A stretch of 64,000 nt of DNA from an uncultured Armatimonadetes bacterium. Its GTDB lineage: Bacteria; Armatimonadota; Hebobacteria; Hebobacterales; Hebobacteraceae. Below the pieces are notes generated by a model. That model did no database searches, was not told the DNA's origin, and saw nothing but the letters and a program-made list of their open reading frames with translations. A program made the position numbers and the translations under genes. The DNA is taken from the NCBI GenBank assembly GCA_963716175.1, contig OY970296.1, positions 2,560,001-2,624,000 of the forward strand, in the 5' to 3' direction. Positions 1-8,312 of this stretch are shown piece by piece (positions within the stretch are counted from its first letter, which is position 1; each line of letters opens with the position of its first letter).

Positions 1-450
1 TTCCTCCAGAAGGAATCCTGCGGCAAGTGCACCGCCTGCCGGGAGGGGGTGGCGCAGATGCTGCATCTGCTCAACGGCATCTGCGCGGGCAAGGGCCGGG
101 AAGGCGATGTCGAGCTGCTGCTCGAGCTCTGCGACATCCTGGAGGATGCCGCGCTCTGCGGGCTGGGCAACACCGCCTGCAACCCGGTGCGGAGCACGAT
201 CCGGTACTTTCGCGACGAGTACGACGCCCACATCCGGGAGCGCCGCTGCCCGGCCCGGCAGTGCCGCGGGCTGTTCCGCTACGAGATCGTCGCCGAGAGC
301 TGCAGGGGCTGCGGGATCTGCCTCAAGGAATGCCCGCAGGAGGCAATCTCGGGCGAGGCCAGGAAGCCGCACACCATTGACCAGAGCAAGTGCATCAGCT
401 GCGGCCTGTGCTTCGCGGCCTGCCGCTTCGACAGTATCGCCAAGGTGTGA
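1..450 (+). CDS. C-terminal part of HydB/NuoF-like NADH-binding flavo-Fe-S subunit (5' truncated by window edge)
   Basis: Frame 1 from base 1 reads FLQKESCGKCTACREG...CGLG (NuoF N3 cluster motif), then HIRERRCPARQC and a C-terminal 2x[4Fe-4S] domain (CRGCGICLKECP, CISCGLCFAAC). Confidence 0.9.
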   Translation, partial: FLQKESCGKCTACREGVAQMLHLLNGICAGKGREGDVELLLELCDILEDAALCGLGNTACNPVRSTIRYFRDEYDAHIRERRCPARQCRGLFRYEIVAESCRGCGICLKECPQEAISGEARKPHTIDQSKCISCGLCFAACRFDSIAKV

Positions 451-485
451 ACAGGGACGGGCGCTGATACGGGTGACATCTGCCG

Positions 486-1253
486 ATGGCTAAGCTGACC
501 ATAAACGGACGTGAGGTCGAGGCGAAGGAAGACCAGAGCGTGCTGGAGGTGGCGCGGGCCGCGGGGATCTACATCCCGGCCTTGTGCTATCACCCCGCGG
601 TCTCGCCCTATGGCTCCTGCCGGCTGTGTCTGGTGGAGGTGAAGGCGGGTAACCGCACCCGCATGGTAACCTCGTGCTGCTATCCCGCGCGAGGCGGGAT
701 TGAGGTGTTGACGGACACGGAGAAGGTGCAGAGAACCAGACGCGGGGTGATGGAGCTGCTGCTGGCGCGGGCGCCGGGGTCAGCTTCGCTGCGCGCGCTG
801 GCTGCTTCCCTGGGCGTGACGGAGCCGCGCTTCCCGACCCTCACCCGGGGCGAACGGGACTGCATTCTCTGCGGGTTGTGCGTCAATGTCTGCCGAGAGG
901 TGATGGGCGCGGCGGCAATATCGTTCGCCAACCGAGGGGTTGATCGCACGGTGGTGGCCCCTTTCCTGGAGTCATCGGAGGCCTGCATGGGGTGCGGCGC
1001 CTGCGCCGCGGTGTGCCCGATGGGAACGGTTGAGCTTCGCTGGACGGAAGCAGAGGTCGAGGTCGCGCCCTTCAAGAACCGGGTGCCGCTGATGCGCTGC
1101 CGGAACTGCGGGCGGCCCATCACCGGCGCGCCCTTCAGCCAGCAAGTTGAAGGGCGCCTGGGAGATAAGCTGGCCTCGGCCGTCACCTTGTGCACGGCGT
1201 GCAAGCGCAGTGCCGCCGCGCTGGCCGCGAAGAAGGCAGCAGTGGCAAGCTGA
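486..1253 (+). CDS. HydA/NuoG N-terminal-like Fe-S protein ([2Fe-2S] + 2x[4Fe-4S] + C-terminal CxxC..CxxC), no catalytic domain
   Basis: IPALC..GSCRLC..TSC, CILCGLCVNVC, CMGCGACAAVCP, CRNCG..CTACK; 255 aa only. Confidence 0.85.
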   Translation: MAKLTINGREVEAKEDQSVLEVARAAGIYIPALCYHPAVSPYGSCRLCLVEVKAGNRTRMVTSCCYPARGGIEVLTDTEKVQRTRRGVMELLLARAPGSASLRALAASLGVTEPRFPTLTRGERDCILCGLCVNVCREVMGAAAISFANRGVDRTVVAPFLESSEACMGCGACAAVCPMGTVELRWTEAEVEVAPFKNRVPLMRCRNCGRPITGAPFSQQVEGRLGDKLASAVTLCTACKRSAAALAAKKAAVAS

Positions 1254-1263
1254 ACCTGAAGTG

Positions 1264-1320
1264 GTGGGGCTGGCATGCCTATGCCAGCCGGGCGCGCATA
1301 CAGAGACATGCCCGCCCTAC
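1264..1320. repeat. REP/inverted-REP pair (GTAG family)
   Basis: GTGGGGCTGGCATGCCTATGCCAGCC palindrome followed by GACATGCCCGCCCTAC, the reverse complement of the GTAGGGCGGGCATG unit seen elsewhere. Confidence 0.65.
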
Positions 1321-1337
1321 GGAGGAAGAGTGAGACG

Positions 1338-3269
1338 ATGAGTGATAGCAAGAATCGGATGAGAGATGCGGCGAGCCAGGAAGCCTTGGAGGAGGCCTGC
1401 GAGCGCGGCATTCTGACCGCCCTGGATCGCTACGAGCTGCAGCAGCCCAGCTGCAAGTTCGGGCAGGAGGGCATCTGCTGCCGCATCTGCAACATGGGGC
1501 CGTGTCGAGTGATCAGCACGGCTACGGAGGGAAGGTTGGGAGTGTGTGGCGCCAGCGCCGACACCATTGCCGCCCGCAACCTGCTGCGCATGATCGCGGG
1601 CGGAGCCGCGGCGCATTCCGACCATGGTCGAGATGTGGTCAACACCTTCATCCTGATGGCCAAAGGGGAGGCGAAGGATTACCGCATCAAGGATGAGATC
1701 AAGCTGCGCCGGCTGGCCCAGGAGTACGGGGTGGCCATGGATGGCAAGTCTCCGCTCCAGATCGCGCAGGGCCTGGGCGAGCGCATGCTGGCCGAGTTCG
1801 GTCAGCAGGAGGGGGAGCTGAGGACGCTGGCGCGGGCCCCGCAGCGCCGCCAGCGGCTGTGGCGGGAGCTGGGAGTGGCCACCCGGGGCATTGATCGAGA
1901 GATCGTAGAGAGCATGCACCGTTCCACCATGGGGGTGGACGCAGATTACAGAGACCTGATGCACCACGGCATCCGCACCGCGCTGGGCGATGGCTGGGGC
2001 GGCTCCATGATCGCCACCGACTTGCAGGACGTGATGCTCGGCTCGCCCGTGCCGGTGCGGGCCAAGGTCAACCTCGGGGTGTTGAGCGAGGACAAGGTCA
2101 ACATCCTGGTGCACGGGCACGAGCCTATTCTCTCGGAGATGGTGGTGGAGGCCTCCCGAGATCCGGAGCTGCTGAAGCTGGCGGAGGAGAAGGGGGCCAA
2201 GGGTATTCAGCTCAGTGGCATCTGCTGCTCCGCCAACGAGGTATTGATGAGGCAGGGGATTCCGGTAGCGGGGACGTTCCTGCAGCAGGAGCTGGCCCTG
2301 GCCACCGGCGCGGTGGAGGCGATGGTGGTGGACGTGCAGTGCCTGATGCCCTCCTTGCCGCAAGTGGCAGCCTGCTCGCACACCGAGCTCATCACGACCT
2401 CGCCCAAAGGCCGCATGCCGGGGGTGCGCCACATCGAGTTCGAGGAGAAGCGCGCGCTGGAGGTGGCGCGGGAGATCGTCCGGATCGCCATCGAGAACTT
2501 CCCGAACCGCAACCGGGAGACCGTTCACATCCCCAAGCAGTCCATGGACCTGGTCGCCGGTTTCACCACCGAATATGTCTTCCGGTTGCTGGGGGGGCGC
2601 TTCCGGCCCTCCTACCGGCCTCTCAACAATGGGATCATGGAGGGCCGTCTGCGCGGCGTGGCCGGGGTAGTGGGATGCTGCAACCCGAACTTCCAGCCGG
2701 TCGACTCCGGGCACATCGAGATGGTGAAGGAGCTGATCCGCAACGACGTGCTGGTGGTGCAGACGGGCTGCTCGGCCATCGCCTGCGCCAAGGAGGGACT
2801 GCTGGTGCCGGAGGCGGCCGCCCAGTACGCGGGGCGCGGCCTCCAGGAGATCTGCGAGGCCGTGGGCATCCCGCCCGTGCTGCACGTTGGCTCCTGCGTT
2901 GATAACAGCCGCATCCTGATCGCCTGCTGCGAGATGCTGAGAGAGGGCGGGCTGGGCGAGGATATCAGCGACCTGCCGGTGGCGGGGGCGGCGCCCGAGT
3001 GGATGTCGGAGAAGGCGGTGTCGATCGGGATGTACGTGGTGGCCTCGGGCATCTTCACCGTTTTCGGGACTCCGCTGCCGGTGCGGGGGTCGCAGGCGCT
3101 CTACGATTATCTGACCAAGGAGATGGAGCAGGAAGTGGGGGCGGCCTGGGCCTTCGAGAGGGACCCGGTGGCGGCCGCCCGGTTGATGATCGCGCGCATA
3201 GACGAGAAGCGCGCGGCCCTGAAGCTGCGACCCATGCTGTATGAAGCGCGAGAGCTAGTGCCTGCCTAG
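1338..3269 (+). CDS. cooS: Anaerobic Ni-carbon monoxide dehydrogenase catalytic subunit (CooS/AcsA)
   Basis: CKFGQEGICCRICNMGPC, AAHSDHGR, HGHEP, GICCSANE, GCCNP, QTGCS, HVGSCVDNSR, EWMSEKA; start placed at ATG 1338 after GGAGG. Confidence 0.97.
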   Translation: MSDSKNRMRDAASQEALEEACERGILTALDRYELQQPSCKFGQEGICCRICNMGPCRVISTATEGRLGVCGASADTIAARNLLRMIAGGAAAHSDHGRDVVNTFILMAKGEAKDYRIKDEIKLRRLAQEYGVAMDGKSPLQIAQGLGERMLAEFGQQEGELRTLARAPQRRQRLWRELGVATRGIDREIVESMHRSTMGVDADYRDLMHHGIRTALGDGWGGSMIATDLQDVMLGSPVPVRAKVNLGVLSEDKVNILVHGHEPILSEMVVEASRDPELLKLAEEKGAKGIQLSGICCSANEVLMRQGIPVAGTFLQQELALATGAVEAMVVDVQCLMPSLPQVAACSHTELITTSPKGRMPGVRHIEFEEKRALEVAREIVRIAIENFPNRNRETVHIPKQSMDLVAGFTTEYVFRLLGGRFRPSYRPLNNGIMEGRLRGVAGVVGCCNPNFQPVDSGHIEMVKELIRNDVLVVQTGCSAIACAKEGLLVPEAAAQYAGRGLQEICEAVGIPPVLHVGSCVDNSRILIACCEMLREGGLGEDISDLPVAGAAPEWMSEKAVSIGMYVVASGIFTVFGTPLPVRGSQALYDYLTKEMEQEVGAAWAFERDPVAAARLMIARIDEKRAALKLRPMLYEARELVPA

Positions 3270-3358
3270 CGTGGAGCCGCGCCGGAGCGCGGAGCACCCG
3301 GTTGCCTGCTGGCAGCCTGCCGGTACCATCATATACTCAAAGGGGCGAGGAAAGGAAC

Positions 3359-5053
3359 GTGAAGAGCGACCTGGAGATTGCACAAGCCGCCAGCATGCGG
3401 CCCATCTTGGAGATCGCTGACCATCTCGGCATTGCCGAAGATGAGCTCGACCTGTATGGGCGCTACAAAGCCAAAGTTCATCTCAACATCCTGGAGCGGC
3501 TGAAGGGCCGCCCCAATGGCAAGTACGTAGACGTCACCGCCATCACTCCCACCCCCCTGGGCGAGGGCAAGACGGTGACCACCATCGGGGTATCGCAGGC
3601 GCTGGGCTATCTGGGCAAGAGGGTGATCACCTGCATTCGCCAGCCCAGCCTGGGCCCGGTGTTCGGGATCAAGGGGGGCGCGGCCGGCGGGGGCTACGCC
3701 CAGGTAGTGCCGATGGAGGATTTCAACCTTCACCTCACCGGCGATGTTCACGCCGTGGGCATTGCCAACAACCTGCTGGCGGCGATGATAGACGCTCATC
3801 TCAAGCACGGCAATCAGCTCAACATTGACCCGCGCACCATCTCCTGGCGGCGAGTGATAGACCTCAACGACAAGTGGGGCGTTTACAACATCGTCGCCGG
3901 CCTGGGCGGCGAGAACCGCGTGCCCCGGGAGACGGGGTTCGACATTACAGTGGCGAGCGAGGTGATGGCGATCCTGGCGCTGGCCACCAGTCTGCAGGAC
4001 CTGCGCCAGCGGCTGGGCCGCATCGTCATCGGCTCCACCTACGCCGGCGAGCCGGTGACGGCCGAGCAACTCCAGGCGGCCGGCGCCATGTGCGTGCTGC
4101 TGCGGGACGCGCTGATGCCTAACCTGATGCAGACTCTGGAGAACACGCCGCTGTTCGTGCACGCCGGGCCCTTTGCCAATATCGCCCATGGCAACTCCTC
4201 CATCGTCGCCGACCAGATCGCTCTCAAGCTCGCCGATTACGTGGTTACCGAGTCCGGCTTTGGGGCGGACTGCGGGATGGAGAAGTTCTTCAATATCAAG
4301 TGCCGCGTCAGTGGCCTGGCCCCCAACTGCGTGGTGATCGTGGCCACCGTGCGGGCCCTCAAGATGCACGGCGGCATTGGCACCGTGAGGCCCGGCCGGC
4401 CTCTGCCCAAGGAGTTGATCGAGGAGAACCTGCCGGCCCTGGAGAAGGGCGGCGAGAACCTGGTCAAGCACATCGAGAACGCCCGCCTGTTCGGGGTGCC
4501 GGTGGTGGTGGCGGTCAACCGCTTCACCCAGGATACCGAGCCTGAGATCGAGCTGATCCAGAAGATGGCGGTGGGGGCGGGAGCAGAAGGCGCCTATGTA
4601 TCAGAGGTCTGGGCGCATGGAGGCAAAGGCGGCACCGAGCTGGCTCAGGCCGTGATCGCGGCTTGCGAGAAGCCGACCGACTTCAGGCTCCTCTACCCGG
4701 ACGACCTGCCCATCAAGCAGAAGATCGAGACCATCGCCACCAAGGTCTACGGGGCGGATGGCGTGGACTACGACGCGGTGGCCGAGCGGAAGATCGAGGC
4801 CTTCACCAAGTGGGGGCTGGACAAGCTCCCCATCTGCATGGCCAAGACCCACCTCTCACTCTCCCATGACTCCAACCTGAAAGGCCGGCCGCGGGGCTTC
4901 CGGGTGCCGGTGCGAGACATTCGACCCAGCGCGGGCGCGGGGTTCCTCTACCCGCTCTGCGGCGCCTTCACTACCATGCCCGGGCTGCCCAGCCGGCCCG
5001 CGGCAGTGGTTGTTGACGTAGACAAAGATGGGAAGATCGTGGGGCTGTTCTAG
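3359..5053 (+). CDS. fhs: Formate--tetrahydrofolate ligase
   Basis: TAITPTPLGEGKT, GIKGGAAGGGY, HAGPFANIAHG, VTESGFGAD, TMPGLP; GTG start 3359. Confidence 0.98.
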   Translation: MKSDLEIAQAASMRPILEIADHLGIAEDELDLYGRYKAKVHLNILERLKGRPNGKYVDVTAITPTPLGEGKTVTTIGVSQALGYLGKRVITCIRQPSLGPVFGIKGGAAGGGYAQVVPMEDFNLHLTGDVHAVGIANNLLAAMIDAHLKHGNQLNIDPRTISWRRVIDLNDKWGVYNIVAGLGGENRVPRETGFDITVASEVMAILALATSLQDLRQRLGRIVIGSTYAGEPVTAEQLQAAGAMCVLLRDALMPNLMQTLENTPLFVHAGPFANIAHGNSSIVADQIALKLADYVVTESGFGADCGMEKFFNIKCRVSGLAPNCVVIVATVRALKMHGGIGTVRPGRPLPKELIEENLPALEKGGENLVKHIENARLFGVPVVVAVNRFTQDTEPEIELIQKMAVGAGAEGAYVSEVWAHGGKGGTELAQAVIAACEKPTDFRLLYPDDLPIKQKIETIATKVYGADGVDYDAVAERKIEAFTKWGLDKLPICMAKTHLSLSHDSNLKGRPRGFRVPVRDIRPSAGAGFLYPLCGAFTTMPGLPSRPAAVVVDVDKDGKIVGLF

Positions 5054-5055
5054 CA

Positions 5056-5700
5056 ATGGCCTACTTGGAAGAACCGCTCAAACACTACTCCGACGCGCTG
5101 GCCAGCGGCAGGCCTACACCTGGCGGAGGGAGCGCGGCCGCCCTGGTAGGCGCGTTGGGGGCGGCCCTCAACAGCATGGTCGCCAACTTCACCGTGGGCC
5201 GGGAGAAGTTCGCCGCGGTGGAGGCAGAGGTGCGGGAGTTGCTGGCGGAGAGCGAGCGCCTGCGGGCCGACCTGGAGCGGCTGACTCAGGCCGACACCGA
5301 GGCCTACGGCATGGTCTCCCGCGCCTACCGGATGCCTCGGGAGACGGAGGAGGAGAAGGCGGCGCGAGAGGCGGCGATCCAGGAGGCGCTGAAGGCGGCG
5401 GCCGAAGTGCCCCGACAGGCGGTCGGCGCCTGCCGCGCCGTGCTGAAGATCGCGGCCCAGCTCCTGGAGAAGGGCAACCCGAACCTGATCACCGATGTGG
5501 GTGTGGCTGCGAAGTTCGCGCTGGCCGGCATGGAGTGCGCCACTCTGAATGCCGAGATCAACTTGATCCACATCAAGGATAGCGCCTACGTGGAGGCCGC
5601 CTTCAGCTCCATGAAGCCGCTGATCGAGGAGGGAGAGAGGTTGGCGCAGCAGGTGTGGCACGAAGTGATCCATCGCATGAGGCAGGGGGTGAAGAAATGA
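5056..5700 (+). CDS. fchA: Methenyl-THF cyclohydrolase (FTCD C-terminal/FchA family)
   Basis: PTPGGGSAAAL, MVANFT, GNPNLITDVG, INL motifs; sits between fhs and folD. Confidence 0.92.
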   Translation: MAYLEEPLKHYSDALASGRPTPGGGSAAALVGALGAALNSMVANFTVGREKFAAVEAEVRELLAESERLRADLERLTQADTEAYGMVSRAYRMPRETEEEKAAREAAIQEALKAAAEVPRQAVGACRAVLKIAAQLLEKGNPNLITDVGVAAKFALAGMECATLNAEINLIHIKDSAYVEAAFSSMKPLIEEGERLAQQVWHEVIHRMRQGVKK

Positions 5701-6620
5701 GCGCGCGACTATTGGAGGGCAGGCCCATTGCCGAGGCCATCCGCGGGAAGGTGAAAGCGGATGTGGAGGCCTTGAAGGCAAAGGGGGTCACGCCCAAGCT
5801 GGTGGCAGTGCTGGCCGGCGACAACCCCGGCGCCAAGTTCTACGCGGGCGCCCAGGAGAAAGCCTGCCAGGAAGTCGGGATCGCCTACGAGCTGGAGCAG
5901 CACCCCAGCGAGATCACCCAGGCCGAGCTGGAGGCGGTCATTGCACGGCTGAACGGGGAGGCCTCGGTGCACGGGATTCTGCTGCTCATGCCGGTGCCCA
6001 AGGGGCTGAACGGCCCAGCCGCCCAGGCCCTGATTGATCACCGCAAGGACGTGGACGGGGTGAGCCCTGCGAACCTGGGCCGGGTGGTGCTGGGGCAGCC
6101 CCGCCTGGCGCCTTGCACGGCCATGAGCGTGATCGAACTGCTCCGCTCCAGCGGTGTGGACGCCTATGGCAAGGAGGCGGTGGTCGTGGGCAGCAGCGAG
6201 ATCGTGGGCAAGCCGGTGGCGCTGCTGCTGATGGACAAGTACATCACCACCGATGCCGGCGGGAAGACCGACAGGCTCGCCGGTGCCACCGTCACCGTAT
6301 GTCACATCGGCACCAGTGAGCGGGGAGACCTGGGTGCTCACACCCGCCAGGCCGATATCCTGGTCACCGCGGTGGGGGTGAAGCCCGGCCTGATCTCAGG
6401 CGATATGATCAAGCCGGGCGCGATCGTGATAGACGTGGCCACCATCCGGGTGAAAGACGCGGAGACCGGGAAAACTAACACCTACGGCGACGTGGATTTC
6501 GCGGCCGCCAAAGAGAAGGTGGCGGCGATCACGCCGGTGCCTGGTGGAGTGGGGGTCGTAACCACCGCCATCCTGCTGCGCAACACGGTGGAGGCCGTGC
6601 GCTGGCAGCATGGCCTGTAG
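5697..6620 (+). CDS. folD: Methylene-THF dehydrogenase FolD (probably monofunctional)
   Basis: KDVDG, PCT, VVGSSEIVGKP, GDVDF, TPVPGGVG; ATGA overlap with fchA. Confidence 0.95.
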   Translation: MSARLLEGRPIAEAIRGKVKADVEALKAKGVTPKLVAVLAGDNPGAKFYAGAQEKACQEVGIAYELEQHPSEITQAELEAVIARLNGEASVHGILLLMPVPKGLNGPAAQALIDHRKDVDGVSPANLGRVVLGQPRLAPCTAMSVIELLRSSGVDAYGKEAVVVGSSEIVGKPVALLLMDKYITTDAGGKTDRLAGATVTVCHIGTSERGDLGAHTRQADILVTAVGVKPGLISGDMIKPGAIVIDVATIRVKDAETGKTNTYGDVDFAAAKEKVAAITPVPGGVGVVTTAILLRNTVEAVRWQHGL

Positions 6621-6672
6621 GGGCGTGATTCATCACGCCCTCATCGGGGGACGCAATGGATTGCGCCCCCAC
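6617..6672. repeat. GTAG REP pair; first unit supplies the folD stop codon
   Basis: GTAGGGGCGTGATTCATCACGCCC ... GGGACGCAATGGATTGCGCCCCCAC. Confidence 0.7.
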
Positions 6673-6700
6673 GGAAGGTAATCGCGAGGAGCGAAGTCGA

Positions 6701-7360
6701 ATGACCATTAGCGAAGCCAAGTCCCTGGAGGAGATCCTCCGCAGCCTGGAAGGGCAAGGCAAAGTGTTCCTGGTCGGCTGCAGCGAGTGTGCCACGGTGG
6801 TGCAGGTCGGAGGCGAAGACCAGCTCAAGGCGATGGCCGAGGAACTCACCCAGCATGGCAAGACCGTCACCGGCACGCTGGTCGCCGACCCCGGCTGCCA
6901 TCTGCTCAACCTCAGGCGAGAGTTCCGGGAGCGCCGGCAGGAGATCGAGGGCTCGGACGCCATGCTAGTCCTGTCGTGTGGGACCGGAGCGCAGACCGCG
7001 GCCCAGGCCACCGCCAAGCCCGTGCACGTCGGCACCAACACCCTCTTCCTGGGGTGCGTGGAGCGCTTCGGCCAGTTCCGCGAGTACTGCTCGGCGTGCG
7101 GGGACTGCAGCCTGGAGCAGACCGGCTACATCTGCTCGGTCACCCGCTGCTCCAAGGGCCTGCAGAACGGGCCCTGCGGGGGCACGACGGCGGAGGGAAA
7201 GTGCGAGGTCAATCCCGAGACAGACTGCGGCTGGCTGCTGATCTACAACAAGCTCAAGGAGCAGGGCGGGCTGGACTCCCTCAAGACCTACCAGCCCCCG
7301 AAGGAAGCGCTGCCGCACCCGGGGCAGCGAACGCTCTCGCGGGAGGGGAAAGAGGAATGA
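6701..7360 (+). CDS. metV: Methylene-THF reductase Fe-S/Zn subunit MetV
   Basis: VGCSECAT, SCGTG, CSACGDC..CSVTRCSKGLQNGPCGG..CEV..CGW; directly upstream of metF. Confidence 0.92.
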   Translation: MTISEAKSLEEILRSLEGQGKVFLVGCSECATVVQVGGEDQLKAMAEELTQHGKTVTGTLVADPGCHLLNLRREFRERRQEIEGSDAMLVLSCGTGAQTAAQATAKPVHVGTNTLFLGCVERFGQFREYCSACGDCSLEQTGYICSVTRCSKGLQNGPCGGTTAEGKCEVNPETDCGWLLIYNKLKEQGGLDSLKTYQPPKEALPHPGQRTLSREGKEE

Positions 7361-8271
7361 GCCTGCGCTCCGTCCTGCAATCCGATAAGTTCATCGTTAC
7401 CTCGGAGGTGGGCCCTCCCAAGGGCACCAACATGGGGCACGTGTTGGAGGAGGCCAAGCTGCTGGTCCCGCTGGTGGACGGGATCAACGTGACCGACATC
7501 CAGGCCGCGGCGATGCGCATCGGCTCCATGGCCACCTGCCACCTGATCAAGGACCTGGGCGGAGAGCCGGTGCTGCAGATGGTCTGTCGGGATCGCAACC
7601 GGCTGGCCCTGCAGAGCGACCTGCTGTCGGCCTGGGTGCTGGGGATCGAGAACGTGCTCTGCCTCACCGGGGATCACCCCACCCTGGGGGACCACAAGGG
7701 TGCGAAGGCGGTCTATGATCTGGATTCGGTGCAGCTTCTGAAGGTGGCCAAGGGCCTGAACGAAGGCCACGATATGATGGGCAATGAGCTGGATGGCAAG
7801 CCGGACTTCTGCCTTGGGGCAGTGGTGACCCCGGGCGGCAACCCGGTGGAGATGCAGATCATGAAGCTGGAGAAGAAAGTGGAGGCGGGGGCGGAGTTCG
7901 TCCAGAGCCAGGCGGTCTATGATGTGGCTGCCTTCGCCGAGTTCATGGAGCAGGCGAGTCAGATCAAGGTGCCGGTGCTGGCCGGCATCGTGCTGCTGAA
8001 GTCGGCCGGCATGGCCCGTTACATGAACAAGAATGTGGCTGGCGTCACCGTGCCGGACGATCTGATCAAGGAGATGGCCCAGGCCGGGGAGGCGGACAAG
8101 GCGGCGAAGGCGGAGGGGAAGAAGGGCGGCCATCAGGTGAAAGCCAGCATCGAGATCGCCGCCCGGCTGATCCGGGGCCTGAAGCCGCTGTGCCGGGGCG
8201 TCCATCTCATGCCCCTGGGCTGGGGGCACCAAGTGCCGGCTGTGCTCAAGGCGGCGGATCTGCGGGCATAA
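7357..8271 (+). CDS. metF: Methylene-THF reductase MetF
   Basis: TSEVGPPKG, NVTD, CRDRNRLALQSDLL, CLTGDHP, KKVEAGAEFVQSQ, GVHLM. Confidence 0.95.
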   Translation: MSLRSVLQSDKFIVTSEVGPPKGTNMGHVLEEAKLLVPLVDGINVTDIQAAAMRIGSMATCHLIKDLGGEPVLQMVCRDRNRLALQSDLLSAWVLGIENVLCLTGDHPTLGDHKGAKAVYDLDSVQLLKVAKGLNEGHDMMGNELDGKPDFCLGAVVTPGGNPVEMQIMKLEKKVEAGAEFVQSQAVYDVAAFAEFMEQASQIKVPVLAGIVLLKSAGMARYMNKNVAGVTVPDDLIKEMAQAGEADKAAKAEGKKGGHQVKASIEIAARLIRGLKPLCRGVHLMPLGWGHQVPAVLKAADLRA

Positions 8272-8312
8272 CAGGCTGTGTCTGAGAGAATCGCTGGGAA
8301 GGTTGAGGATCA

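Noticed and set aside
6787-8271. 494-aa ORF suggesting an extended or fused MetF (similarly 24171-26126 and 44698-46494)
   Set aside because: The N-terminal extensions overlap real genes in other frames; true starts with RBS lie downstream
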